A stretch of DNA of 64,000 nt from the human T2T-CHM13v2.0 reference genome, Homo sapiens. Location of the stretch: the NCBI RefSeq assembly GCF_009914755.1, contig NC_060947.1; one strand, written 5' to 3'. This document shows positions 28,599 to 46,056 of this stretch, piece by piece. The notes below the pieces were generated by a model. That model worked only from the letters and a program-made list of their open reading frames with translations, ran no database searches and was not told the DNA's origin. A program made the position numbers and the translations under genes. Position 1 is the stretch's first letter; the number at the start of each line of letters is the position of its first letter.

Positions 28599-29286
28599 TT
28601 TTTTTTTTTAAATTATACTTTAAGTTCTGGGGTACATGTGCAGAACGCACAGTTTTGTTACATTAGGTATACAGGGGCCATGGTGGTTTGCTGCACCCAT
28701 CAATCCATCACCTACATTAGGTATTTATCCTAATGCTATCTCTCCCCTAGCCCCCAACTCCCCGACAGGCCCTGGTGTGTGATGTTCCCCTCCCTGTGTC
28801 CACATGTTCTCATTGTTCAACTCCCATTTATGAGTGAGAACATGTGGTGTTTGATTTTCTGTTCTTGTGTTAGTTTGCTAAGAATGATGGTTTCCAGCTT
28901 CATCCATGTCCCTGCAAAGGACATGAACTCATCCTTTTTATGGCTGCATAGTATTCCATGGTGTATATGTGCCATATTTTCTTTATCCAGTCTATCATTG
29001 ATGGACATTTGGGTTGGTCTGAAGTCTTTGCTATTGTGAATAGTGCTGCAATAAACATATGTGTGCATGTCTCTTTATAGTAGAATGATTTATAATCTTT
29101 TCGGCATATACCCAGTAATGGGATTGCTGGGTCAAATGGTATTTCTAGTTCTAGATCCTTAAGGAATCGCCACACTGTCTTCCACAATGGTTGAACTAAT
29201 TTACACTCCCAACAATGTAAAAGCGTTCCTATTTCTCCACATCCTCTCCAGGAGCTGTTGTTTCCTGACTTTTTAATGATCGCCAT
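28599..29286 (-). mobile_element. 5'-truncated L1PA (PA6-8-like) 3' end
   Basis: Poly-T followed by attatactttaagttctggg. ORF 28900..29286 is the ORF2p C-terminus ([11 protein letters not shown]...EIPFDPAIPLLGI). TSD cctgtctctt at 28589-28598 and 29287-29296. Confidence 0.93.
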
Positions 29287-31764
29287 CCTGTCTCTTCTTT
29301 TTTTTTAAAAAAAAAAAAACTTTATTTTTTGATCACAGAAGTAGCATATGATCATAAATTAAGAAATCAGAAATACAGAAATGTATCAATCCTCTCCCGT
29401 AACAATGGCTATCCAAAGTATCTCTATGTAAGACAGGTCTTTTGGCAGCTTCAGAATGAAGTGAATCACAATGTAATATAGATAATAGCATGTTTTTAAA
29501 ATACCATGATGGTTTCTGAATAAGGCAGAACTACGTTGTATATTCTCTTCCTCAATGACTTCCATGAGAAACCTAAAAGTGTGAGTGAATTCATTTCCTA
29601 TCAAAAACGCTAGAAATGAAAGTCATTTAAGTGTTTTACCTTCTACTTTCTTATTTATCCCAGGAAATATATACATACACCATTCTTACTATAATATAAC
29701 CCTATCTGCTCAAGTAAACATTTAAAACTTAAAGTAGAAAAATAACACAAACTAAACACTATACTATGAAATACGTTGTAGGGCACTCAAACATAAGATG
29801 GGAGAAATTATATATTAATAGTTTCTTATAATGCCATGCTATCACTGATGACAGAATGATTAATTCAGAGCTTAAGTTGCTGGAGGACAAGCTGCATTTT
29901 ACAAGGCAGCCTGAGGAGCAAAGATGCTCCAAAACAAGCAAGGGCATGGACATGTAAAAGTGCACAGCACATTCAGGAAACAGGAAGTAGTCTGATAGTC
30001 TTGATAACTTGCTATGGGCTCTTTCAGATTTAACATTTCTTTGAATTTGAAGCACTGTGGACTATGTGTTCTCAAGAGCCTTCATAAGACGTAGAGCAGA
30101 TACAGAATGATCTATACTCTCCCTGATCCTTACCTACCCCAGGCAACATCCACTTTGGGAGTTGGGATTGCGGGGAAGTATCTGTGTCAAAGATGGGAGG
30201 GAGTGCTACTCCACAACCTCACTGTGTTTAGGACAGATGCCTGAAGATGGAAGAAGTCAGACTTTTAGTAGACAGAACAAAACTATTCATTAAAAATCTG
30301 GGACTCTAATTTCTCATTACAAATGCTCATCCAACATATTTTATAAAGTACACGTGTATGGAATTAAAAACAACTAAAATACCTAAAAGCAACATTTAAT
30401 GGGGATAAGAATCCGGGAAGTTAAGCATTTTAAAGTAGACAGAAACGTAATAAACATCCCTGAGCACAAGACATTGTATCTTGTGTGTGATAACCACGTT
30501 GTACAGGGCAATGACTACGAGAACATTCAACACATATTATCTAAAAATAGGAACAAATTTTTTTCTTCACGCAACACAGAGGGAAGGAATAGGCAATTTC
30601 ATTTTTAAATGTGCTATTAAAACATGTATGAGTTCCAAAAAGGACCTAATACATCAGCATAATCAGAGGCAGATCAAAGTAGAAAAAGGGTTTTGAGCCT
30701 GTTGAGAGGAGCTGCTCAATGAGAAAAAAAATACAGAAAACCAGTTCATAGTAAGACAAAGATTGGATGTTTTGGGAAATGCTTTTGCCATATGGTTTGA
30801 GGCCACCTACATACATTGAAAAAATACTACAAACTAGAAGAGGGCTCAAAATGAGATGAAATATTAATGAAAATGTTTATCTGAAGGCAACCAGACAAAG
30901 CTTTTAAAGTAATTTTCCTACTTCTGAGAAACCTTTGGAGAAAAGTAAACACTCCATTTTTTCATGTCTGTAGACAGGAACAGGAAGTAACCATCTAATC
31001 TAGATGATGAATCCTCCCTGCCAACTAGCAGCCAATACTGTCAGGTCAACAGTAGCTCTAGGGAAATGTAGTTGCATACAATCAGCAAAAGTACGAAAAG
31101 CAATGTAAATCTGAACAGGGCACTCCCCATCTACTGATGTGAGCCAGAACAAATCAGAAATATGTTTGCAGGAGCAGAATACAATTAAGTGATACAACAA
31201 AAAAGGTGTATTTACTTAATAATATTTTACCTTAAACCCTATCTCTCCTGCCATATCAAGGCAAAACAGAGGTTACAAAAAAGTCTTAGACTCTGGCAAT
31301 TTGCTCTTCTTTAGAATAAGATTCTTTAGAATGAGATTTATAGGAGGCAACATTAACAAAATTACATCAATCTCTACCAATGCAATAATAATTATAATAA
31401 TTAATAGAATAGGGTACTCAACAAGGTTATTTATATTGGGGGGGGGGATACAGGAAAAGAGAGAAGCCCTGTAACTTGTTCTGTTCTTCTGCCATCAAAT
31501 AATGATTGTTTCTCAACTGTATTCAGGTTTCTCAGCAATTTAGCTCAAAAATACAACTATATTCCTCATAACATCCAGCTAAAAATACCATAATTCCCCA
31601 GGATCTAGCAGCTTGCAGAAGTACAGAAATGATGATGTCTTCTTTCCACCACCAGGTAAAAACCTTTCACTTCCTATTTCAACAAAAAGAAGCTTTACAT
31701 TTCATTTCTAAATCATATAAACTACAGATTCAATTCATAAAAACATACCTAACATGGTTAAATC

Positions 31765-32166
31765 ATGTAATAGGGATGCCATAATAAAATACTATACACT
31801 AGGTGGCATAAACAACAGAAATTTATTTCCTCACTGTTATGGAGGCTAGAAAGCCCAAGATTAAGGTACTGGCAGAGTTCAGTTCCTGGTAAAGGCTCTC
31901 TTCCTTTACTAGGCTTTAAGGCTGCTATACGGCCACTTTGTACTCACATAGCTTTTCCTCTGAGTGTGTGCAGGGAGAGGGAGAGCACGAGCTCTCCAAC
32001 AGTCTTTTATAAGGACAATAATCCTATTGGATCAGGCCCCCATCTTCATGACTTCATTAAACCTTAATTAATTTCTTGTAGGCCTTATCAAACACAGTCA
32101 CATTAGGGGTTAGGGCTTGGACATAGGAATGTAGAGGTTGGGGGGTTACAATTCAGTCCATTACAA
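31765..32166 (-). mobile_element. MLT1 (ERVL-MaLR) solo LTR
   Basis: aaacaacagaaatttatttcctcac...ggaggctagaa...tataaggacaataatcctattggat...acaattcagtccattaca. Confidence 0.8.
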
Positions 32167-33852
32167 ATCCCTAACCCAAACTTTAGTACATAGTTTAAAG
32201 TGTATATAACAATGTATCTAAGCTCATTCACTGAAAGAGTCTTTAAGAGATAATCCATTTGCTTTTCATTTTACAGGTGAAAAACAAAAAGAGATCCAGG
32301 CAGACAGTGCAGAATCACCAAACTGGTTAGTGTTAGAACCTGGCAAGTCCTCCAAATTTTCTTACTACTGGTATAATATGGTTTTTTTTTCCCCCACTAC
32401 AGGAAAAAAAAATGTGAGTGGCAAACCTAGGTGTCTTCTAAAAGACCAAAGAATAGGAAAATCCTATGAATACTACATAGCACCACACAGGTGAGCATAA
32501 GCACAATCTCCTCTTCCTCCTGTTTCTCCCAGTAGGGGAGAGAGAAAGATTAGCTGAGAAGACACCAGGACAAACTAGAAATGCTGCATCAGCCTAGAAA
32601 CACTAGCCCCAATTTATAAGTTTCTACATTATCACCATTAGAAGCCCACAGCAAGGCCTACCATTTTATGCTTGATGGCTTCCCAGCACTCTTTCTGATC
32701 TCCCTCAGCCTTCTCACTTCATTTTTTCCTGTTGTCTAGCTGGACTTCATCAAACCCAGGTCCTCTGTTAAATACAAATTTCCTCCAAATCAAAATTTCC
32801 ATTTATTATACCATTGGTTAACAACTCCTCAGCTAGGTATTGATCTGATTATTTGATTAAGTAGTTCATATTATAGAATGAATGAGACTCCTCCAGATAA
32901 TATGAAATTCAAATTGAGAGGAATGGAGAGAAATGGGAGGGGGCTAATCTGAGGCAGGGTCGAGAAGTTAAGATTCAGATGCATTTCTCATCCAACCATT
33001 TGCTGTAGATAAAGAAAATGCACTAAGTCACCACTGTATCCTTATACCACACTCCTCCCTCCAAGCTTTGTATAATAAATAGCCTGTACCCCACAGGGCT
33101 CAGGAAAATAAGATCATACTGCTTAGATAGACAGCATAAATTAGTATAGGAGACCACAAATATCTGAAAGCGGGGATCAGGACCAATCTTTCAATACTTT
33201 TCTTTGCCTGGTGTTCCAAGAAATTCTATCATAGCAGCATTATATTCCCTTTCTCCCATTTATATAATTCCAATTTAACTGGCAAATGCCAGAGGAAGGA
33301 AGGCAGACTAAAGTCTAACAGATGATTGGGAAGGTAGAATTTTTTGCTGTTGTTAATCAAGGGTAATCACCACAGACATACAATCAGCCAAAGCACAAGC
33401 ATACTTTAAGGGATTAGCTTGATTCTGCCAATTTTTGAACTGAAAGAACCATTTCTTCCTTTAACAAGAGCAAATCAACAATTTTCAGCAAACGAAAAAA
33501 AAAATTAGTCCCAGATTTGATATGCTGAGACAATCTTATAGTTTTTTAGAGCCCTAAATTAGATGAGAAAGACTACCTTAATTGGAAAAAAATAGTATTT
33601 TTGCACATATTTTCTTAGTTTACACTGAGAACATTTAAAGGGAAAAATAGCTGTGGGTTTTTTTTCCTGATAATAGGAACACACCAGAAATCTCTATTAC
33701 CTGAAAATACAACTTAATTTTAAATGACATTTTGCTATAGATTTCAAAAATGAAGTAATTTCTATTTGGAAGTCCTATTCTGAACCCATTTGTTCAAAGG
33801 GCTTTAAGGTTTGAGACTTAGTCTTTACTATTAAAAAAAATTAGTTATTTTA

Positions 33853-34203
<351 letters not shown>

Positions 34204-34412
34204 CTAAGCTAAATGTTAAGCAAAACTAAGAATAACAGAAGAACTAGGTCCAGAAATTTTAGAATGAATATTAATTGATACAGTCAACTCCTATTTTTTA
34301 TGCCATTAAAAACTTGTATGGAACTTTGTTTTGGTATTTCCATTTGACTGTGTATGCAGGATGGTCAGGGAATTCGTAACACTTCAAACAAAACAATGAA
34401 AACAGTTAAGCG

Positions 34413-36104
34413 TTTTTTATTTGTCTTTATTTTCTTTTAGGTTTAGGGTTTACATGTGCTTGTTGTTACATGGGTATACTGTGTACTGGTGGGGACTTGG
34501 TTTCTAGTGTACCCATTAACCAAATAGTGAACATTGAACTGGATAGGTAATTTTTCAACTCTCACTCCCCTCTCACCCTTCCCACTTTTGGAGTCTCCAG
34601 TGTCTATTATTCTTTCCATCTTTATGTCCATGTGTACTCACTGTTTAGCTCCCATTTACAAGTGAGAATATATGGTATTTGGCTGTTTCTTAATTTACTT
34701 AGGACAATGACCTCCAGCTCTATCCATGTTGTTGCAAAGGACACAATTCCATTCTTTTTTTAATGGCTGCATTGTATTTCATGGTGCATGACACACCACA
34801 TATTCTTTATTTAGTCAATTGTTGATGGACACTTACATTGGTTCCATGACTTTGCTATTGTGAATAGTGCTGCGATGAACACATGAGTACAGGTGTCTTT
34901 TTAATGTAATGATTTCTTTTCCTTTTGGTAGATACCCAGTAGTGGGATTGGTGGGTCAAACAGTAGTTCTATTTTTAGTTCTTAGAGAAATGGCCATCCT
35001 GTTTTCCATAAAAGTTGAACTAATTTACATACCCTCCAACAATGTATAAGCGTTCCCTTTTCTCCACATCCACACCAACATCTGTTGTTTTTTGACTTTT
35101 TAATAGTAGCCATTCTGACTGGTGTGAGATGGTACCCCAGTGTGGTTTTAATTTGCATGAAGATTCGCGATGTTGAATGTTTTTTCACGTGCTTGCTGGC
35201 TGCTTGTATGTCTTCTTTTGAGAAATTTCTGTTCATGTCCTTTGCCCAGCTTTTAATGGGGTTTTTCCCCTCTTGTTGTTTGACTTCCTTGTAGATACTG
35301 GATGTTAGTCCTTTGTCAGAAGCATAATTTGCAAATGTTTTCTCCTGTTCTGTAGGTTCTCTGTTTACTCTGTTGATTATTTCTTTTGCTGTGCAGAAGC
35401 TTTTAAGTTTCATTTGTCTGTTTTTGTTGCATTTGCTTTTAGAGTTTTCATCATAAATTCTTTACCTAGAAAAATGTCCAGAAGAGTTTTTCCTAAGTTT
35501 TCCTCTAGGATTATTATAGTTTCAGGTCTTACATGTAAGTCTTTAATCCATCTTAAGTTTTGTATATGGTGGGAGATAGGGGTCCAGTTTCATTCTTCTG
35601 CACATAGCTAGCCAATTTTCCTAGCACCATTTATTGAATAGGGACTCCTTTCCCCAGTGTTTACTCTTCTCTACTTTGTTGAAGATCAGTTGGTTGTAGG
35701 TATGTGGTTTTATATCCAGTTCACTATTGTGTTCCACTGATCTGTTTGTCTATTTTTGTACCAGTATCATGCTGTTTTAGTTTCAGTTACTATAGCCTTA
35801 TAGTGTAATTTGAAGTCAGGCGGTGTGATGACTCTCAACTTGGTCTTTTTGCTTTAGGATTGCTTTGGCTATTCATGGTCTTTTTTTGTTCCATGTGAAA
35901 TTTAGGATTGTTTTTTCTAATTCCATGAAAAATGACATTGGTAGTTTGATAGTGATTGTGTGGAATCTGTAGATTGCTTTGGGCAGCATGGTCATTTTAA
36001 CAATATTGATTCTTCTAGTCCATTAGCATGGGATGTTTTTCCATTTGTTAATGTCATCTATGATTTTTCATCAGTGTTTTGTAGGTCTCCTTATAGAGAT
36101 CTTT
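34413..36104 (-). mobile_element. L1PB/L1PA16-like 3' portion
   Basis: ORF 34982..35413 is ORF2p C-terminal sequence ([10 protein letters not shown]...[19 protein letters not shown]). 3'UTR and T-rich tail at the left end. Confidence 0.85.
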
Positions 36105-39080
<2,976 letters not shown>

Positions 39081-39197
39081 AAAGCCCTTTAACCCTAAGT
39101 CACATTAAGGTTCAAACTCTGTGGTAGGTTTTACATATTAAATGTGGGAAAACCTATCACAAATAAGATTAGTGCCAGCAGAAAAATGGTTCAGGAA

Positions 39198-39489
39198 CAT
39201 CATTCTGAGCAACTATCGCAAGGACAGAAAACCAAACACCGCATGTTCTCACTCACAGGTGGGCACTGAACAATGAGAATACTTGGACACAGGGTGGGGA
39301 ACATCACACATGTCATGGGGCCTGTCATGGGGTGGGGGGCTGGGGGAGGGATAGCATTAGGAGATATACCTAATGTAAATGACAAGTTAATGGGTGCAGC
39401 ACACCAACATGGCACATGTATACATATGTAACAAACCTGCACGTTGTGCACATGTACCCTAGAACTTAAAGTATAATAATAATAAAAAA
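39198..39489 (+). mobile_element. Short 5'-truncated L1PA (PA4/5-like) 3' end
   Basis: Complete 3'UTR ending agaacttaaagtataataataataaaaaaa. Perfect 18-bp TSD agaaaaatggttcaggaa (39180-39197, 39490-39507). Confidence 0.95.
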
Positions 39490-41934
39490 AGAAAAATGGT
39501 TCAGGAAATAAAGGGCAAAAGGGACAGATCTCTTCAGCTTTGACAGGTGGTGAACTCTTAGAAGAATATAAAATGACTCAACCAATTTCAGGGGCAACAC
39601 ACTACTCAGAACCCAAAGGTTAGACAAGTCACTCTTAAAAAATTTCATACTGAGAACTCTAAAGTCCAAAGTAATGAAATTTAAAAGAAATTAAAGCACT
39701 CAGGTAGAAACTGAACTTGACAAACATGTCAGTTACCAGTCACACTGATATTTCCTTCTTTAAGCCCATGCCAAAAATAGCTCACTCCTCTTATACTCTC
39801 TCCATGAGTTTAAAAAAAGTGCAATCTGAATGACCTTATTCATAACTCCTAAAAGATCTTGAGGAAGTCATTAATAGTCATGCATTATGTCTAATGTATG
39901 TGTATTCTGTTATCGCTATTTTTAAAGGCCTATTTTTTCAGCTATGATGATTTAAACAATCTTACAGCACAGCTATTTACCTCACTACTGTCCTAGAAAA
40001 CACTAAATTTATCATAGTCTTACCAGTACAAATCTTGTAATAACAATGCCATATCTATAGAAGGACAGTCACCTAAGGCCAGGAACCCTACATTAAGGAA
40101 ACCAGATATGAAAATTTCTTTTATGATGGAACAAATAGAAAAAATAATGTGATGTGTATCATTAAATTATCAAAAATTATTTTTTAAAAATTCCTCACTA
40201 ACACATCAGGCAAAGCTTTGATAGTTAAATGTTCAGAAAGTAAACTGAGCTAGTATCTAATCTGGGAGACACAAAACTAAGTAAGTTTCCACAAAAAAAT
40301 TAGGATAGCAGTAAGTAAGCCAATGTCAAGCCTATGAGAAAAGCCAAATTCATGAAAGACACTGGCTGAGAAACTGAGGTAATAAGGCAGTGAAATAAGG
40401 ATAATTGCTTACTTATAAAGCAGACTTCTCACTTTCCACGTCTCTTTAGGCAATCCTATATATAACTGCCTACTTCAAAGCCTATAACTTTGTAAACAAA
40501 TGAAACAGAAGCTAAACAAAAGGACCACACTCCCTAGGAAGATAAGAAAGAACACAGTAGCCACCAATAAGCACCAGTACAACAACTTCCTATGTATATT
40601 TAAATACTTTGGTTTAAAAAGCCTCCAGCTGAACTGCTAGGTACATGACAGAAGACAAATCAGCCAAAGGTGGTGTATATGGTCTGGAAATGGCAGTGAC
40701 CCACTCAGCTTATCACATCAATACAAGAAAGCAAAATTTGCCACCTGAGCTATTGAACATGTTTATCCCTAAAAGCAAATTTTTCTCTAGAGTTCCACCC
40801 AGTCCACTTCTTTCACCAGCAAGAACAATACCCCAAACCACTGCTTCTTAGATAAATCCCACAGATAAATGTACATGTACATGTATAAATAAACTTCATA
40901 CTCAATCCAGAATTTCTACATAGCTGTAGAACCAAAGACCAAAGAAAACACAATTTCCCACAGGGACTACTTCTCACACTCCTTCTTGGCATTAAATACT
41001 AACCAAATATCCAGCTAAAGATGAAGATATCTGGATTATCTATATGTGTCTCTGTTGAATATTATTAGATTGATTAAAAAAATGCTTCATTCTTGAAAAG
41101 AAACTTTCAGTGACCAGTTTCATGCTTTCAAACTTGCCCAGATTCTTTCTTTATTCTGCCAATGCAAACATACCACAGAAACACCTGTTTCAAAAAAATG
41201 AAACAGAATAATGGAAAAACTATTGCAATTAGTTATTTAATAAACAGTTAATCAGTTAAATCCAAATTGTTTTCTATAGGAACACATTTGTGATTCTGTA
41301 ATCCAGGACAGTAAAATTGCCAAATGATTGCTTTACTTAAAATAGTTTTCATATTGGACTACAGAATTATATAATACATGTAAGAGTCTAGCCCAACACG
41401 TGATTCAATAAAAGGTAGCTCTCTTTCCCTCCAAATCTTTCTGGGAGTATCAGTTTGATTAGAGAAGGCTGGATTATAAAGTTTAAAAAGAAACAAATGT
41501 AGTTTTATTATTTTTGAAGTATACTGACACCTACCCATCCCCCTCCTTCTCTATTAAAGCAGTACTTTAATAAATGAGGTAAATAATAGATGAGGGTAAC
41601 TGGTTATGAATATATCAACTTTGTGTATGTAAATAAAAGTTATTTTATACCTAGAATGAAGCTGATCTTCAGTCCATCCAGCCCACGTGAATGATCAGTT
41701 ACAAATATGGAAAAAATATGATTGAAAGCAAACCAGGTTTCTATTGCTGAAAACTTTTTGAAATAATTTCAAAGCATATAAGAAAAACTAATTTTATCTG
41801 AAAATAAGATAAAACCCTTCATTTTAAAATTAAAATTGTATAAAAGAAAAGGCAGATATAAAAGGGCATTTTTCAAATTATCATGAAAATATGTATGTGT
41901 ATATGTGTGCATATATGCACACACACTACTAAAA

Positions 41935-42190
41935 ATAGCCAATTTTTATTGAATATTTACTATATACCAGGCCTTTTAAAATTAAGTACTTATATGTAAT
42001 AACTCTTTGAAATCCTTATAACAACCCTATGAGGTAGATACTATTATTATCCCCTATTTTAAAGAAAGGGAAACTGAGAATTAGAGAGAGCCATTAACTT
42101 GTCAGTGGTCACATAGCTGCTAAGTGGTAGGGCCAAGATTTGGACCCAGGCATTGTGGCTCCAGAGTCAACTCTCTTTACCACATACTAC
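41935..42190 (-). mobile_element. MIR
   Basis: acaaccctatgaggtagatactattattatcccc...ggaaactgag...ggtcacatagct. Confidence 0.85.
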
Positions 42191-42469
42191 GAATGTGTGT
42201 GCTGTTTGATGTAAACCACCTGAAAAATAATATTCCAACAAGGAACTGAATTATTGGCTTTAAAGAAGAATACCTAGAAATTAGACCAAGCAGAGGTAAA
42301 ATTGTTGACATTATGTGCCATAAAAATAAACATTAAAACGTTAAAAACAAAAATTCACTAGAAAAAAATGCTCTAAAGCTGAAAATGTGGAAAAAATTAG
42401 GTCATAATAATATAAATGGACTGGATATTCATAAAAGGCACCCTTATTGAAAGGATTAAAATACTTATA

Positions 42470-42950
42470 TAACATTTTTATTCACTATAAATTCAATACA
42501 TGTTCACTATAAAAAATTCTAGAAAATACAGAAAAGTAGAAAGGAGAAAATAAATATCATACACAATCTCACTACCCAAAGAAAATGAAAATGTATAATG
42601 TTTCCTGACACTCTTTCTATGGAAATATTTTCACATTTTTAGGATCATACTGTATGGTTTTGTATAGTTTTGTTTTTCAACTGAATTGCATAAACATTTT
42701 CCTATATGGTTAATACTCTTCAAAAATATTTTAATGGCCCCATGGTACATCATATAGGTAGACCATAATTTAGGCAACTATTTCCTTGATAAACTGTGAG
42801 GGACATCTTTATTTATTAAAGTTTATCAAGATCTCAGTTTTATTTTCTAAGGATATTTAAGAAACTGAATTACCAGATCAAAGTGTATGAACATTTTTAT
42901 AGCTCTTGATGCATTTTACCAAATTGCTTTCCAGAAAGAAAGTGCCACTA
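42470..42950 (-). mobile_element. L1ME 3' fragment
   Basis: ggatcatactgtat...gaattaccagatcaaagtgtatgaacatttt...ccaaattgctttccagaaag. Confidence 0.6.
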
Positions 42951-45322
42951 AAAAGACTGACTTCACTGAGTTAAAATTTCAAGAATATTTATTTACAACC
43001 AGCACTTATGAATCATTTTAATTGGTGGCAGCTGCTTTAAATGTTCTCATTGTTAAACCAGTAAAACACCACAATGAAAACAGACTGTCTTAATTTAAGG
43101 TCAAACAGCAGTTATAGTTTAAAAATTAAACTCAAGTATATTTGCCTCATGGTAAGAATGGCTTCTTTCCAACTTGCAGACTCCCTGGTTCTTCAAAACT
43201 TTTAAAACACTTCAGTCAAAAAGAACTCATTCTACAGTAGTACACCATAAAACTAGAAGCATTTAAGGAGGCTGCTTTTTATGCTGTGTTTTGTTAACCA
43301 TTGTATAGCTAAATACATATTTTGAAATACATCTCTTTTCAGTGTTCTTGATGTGACACTCTATAAGGCAACACATTACATTTAAAGGATAAATGACAAA
43401 TACAACTCTAACAGTATTTGTTGTGAGACTGTTTCTCCGAAGGTGCTTTATTCCTAACAGGCTTCCTCTCCAATCTGTCTTTGTTTGGCCATGCCCTTAC
43501 ACTCCACTCGATCAGGGTTGCTCACAACCATACAAGAAAGCAAGATCTTAGTTCAAATAATGGAAAAGAAGGTAGAAACTGCACAGGGATGTCAGAGACA
43601 ATGTTCCTTTCCTGGGCCATCTTCTCAATAACTAACTTTTTAGAAGGTCTATAAGGTCTACAAGGGGTCACTGATAGATACCACAATTTAGTAATCTCAT
43701 GGCTTGGGCGAAAATTTAAAAGTGCTTTATTTTTCTTCACAGTACACATCACTACCCATTTGCTTATTTCCTATCCACTACAGCGTAAGCTCCAAGAAAA
43801 CAGAGGTTGTCTTTTTGCACGGTCCTATTCCTATCCCCTGACACATAGTAAGGGCTAAATATGTTTGCTGAAAGAATAAAATAGGTTAATATAAAAGAGT
43901 GAATGAGAATACATCACACTAGAGAGTTTTGTTACAAGTCTAGGCCCAAGAAATACTGTTTTGGAATGTGTAGTATAGTCTAAGTATGGTGCACAAAATT
44001 TACATCAAAGGCATAAACAGCTTTCTCTGACCTCTAGGTAGAGTTTAAAACTCCCACACGTAAGAACTATCTCTTAGGAACATAAACATCTCAGAGATAA
44101 AATGAGGTGAAACCTAAGAAACATTTTGTCTTAGAATTCTAGTAATTTGAGAAATCATGTACCAGAACCTCAGATTAAAAAAAAAAATGTGGCATAGTTG
44201 GATAAAAGTGCTGGAATAGGGCAGGGAAAGGAGGGGTGTCAGAAGACTTAGGCCCAAAGCTCAGCTCCACTATCCATCAGTCAAAAGACCATGAAGGAAT
44301 CATCCTATTCCCTTCATCCTTGGACACAGATATGCAAGATGGGGACTGCCTACTTGATGAACTGCTACAGGAATCCAAGGACGCTATCCATTAAAAAGTT
44401 CCTGGAAACTGCTAAGTATTATAATTCTGTCAATAAAGGTATAATTATTAATGCTATCATCATTTTGGGTCAATGAGACCTCTACTAGGTAGACGCCCAA
44501 AATTGTTAATTTCCTTTCTTGGATACCTTGAAGAAGTAGGGATACTCTGAGATTATCATTTTTATAATAAATATAATTAAGCAGGTAGTTCTTAAACGGA
44601 TTCCATATCTGGAAAATGTAAGATTATGGTGCTGATGGGGTACACCATGAGAGATTATGCCTTGCTCAATCAAGTGTTTCAGGGCTTTAAGAACATCAAG
44701 GAGGAAAGCAAGCATTAACATTCAGTGAGAGCATATTATGATATTATGAATTAAGTACTATTAGGTGCTTTCATATGCATTTTCTTCTTCTCGGCAAGAT
44801 TGGTTTACTTGCCCAAGACACTGTTAATATGGAGCAGACATGACACTACCAACCAAGGATATCTGGCTCTAAAGCAACAGAAAAGGTTTATCATCTCCAG
44901 CTATGAGTGAGCTGGCACACCATTTCCTTTTTTATTTCAGTCATTCTTATGGTTGATATATGGGTTAACAAAAAAAAAATGTTTATCCACTGTATACCAT
45001 CAGGAACCAGACTAGCAGGAAGAAACTTCTGAGTCCACAAGGAAAAGGAAATTTTCAATCTGGGTAAGGTAGTTAAATCTGGCCTGTATGTGCAGATGTG
45101 TTATAAGAGACAGCCCATTTAAGCATGCACTGGATAACTGTTCAAAACATTTTTCATGTAAACTAAAGACATCTTTGGCAACCAGAAAAGTCAATTACTC
45201 ATATTCCCCTTCTCTGGTTCAGGAATTTATTGAGAGAAGACTAAGGAAGTCTGCTATCCAAAAATACATACACCTAGGCCAAGTGAAATGCTCTGCCTGA
45301 AAATACCTAGAGAAATATCTGT

Positions 45323-45680
45323 TGTCTTAGTCTGTTTGGACTATTTACAATACCATAAAATGGGTAGCTCACAAATAACAAATTTATTTCTCATAGTTCT
45401 GGAGGCCAGGAAGTCCAAGATTAAGGAGCCAGCAGACTCAGTGTCTGATGCGGGCCCATTCCTCATAAACAACAACATCTTGCTGTGTCTCACACAGTGG
45501 GAAGGATGAATGAGCTCCCTTGGGCCTCTTTTATAAAAGGGCACCAATCCCATTCATGAGGGCCCCACCTTTGTGATCTAATCACCTCCCAAATAACCCC
45601 ACCTCCTAATAGCATCATCTTGGAGATTAGAATTCAACATATAAATCTGGTGGGAGGTCACAAATATTCATACCGTAGCA
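45323..45680 (-). mobile_element. MaLR solo LTR (MLT1A/MST-like)
   Basis: tgtcttagtctgttt...aatttatttctcatagttctggaggcc...aatcccattcatgagggc...ctaatcacctcccaaa...ccgtagca. Confidence 0.85.
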
Positions 45681-45749
45681 CCTGGTAAGGGTCTCTTTTC
45701 CTCCAAAGGAACAGAATACCAGAGAAAATATTTAATTAAAATAAAATGA

Positions 45750-46056
45750 GGCTGGGTGCAGTGGCTCACACCTGTAATCCCAATACTTTGGGAGGCCGAG
45801 GAGGGTGGATCACTTGAAGTCAGGAGTTTGAGACCAGCCTGACCAACATGGTGAAACCCCATCTCTACTAAAAATACAAAAATTAGCTGGGCGTGGTGGC
45901 ACAGGCCTGTAATCCCAGCTACTCAGGAGGCTGAGGCAGGAGAATCAATCGCATGAACCCAGGAGGCGGCGGTTGCGGTGAGCTGAGATCTTGCCACTGC
46001 ACTCCAGCCTGGGTGACAGAGTGAGACTCTGTCTCAAAAATAAAAATAAAAATAAA
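45750..46056 (+). mobile_element. AluSx/Sz
   Basis: Full dimer, (TAAAA)n tail, aaaataaaatga on both flanks. Confidence 0.93.

Noticed and set aside
41651-41746. Possible 96-nt cryptic exon on the minus strand (ttttcag...TAG|gtataa)
   Set aside because: Very short pyrimidine tract, and the translation is unrelated to AMMECR1.
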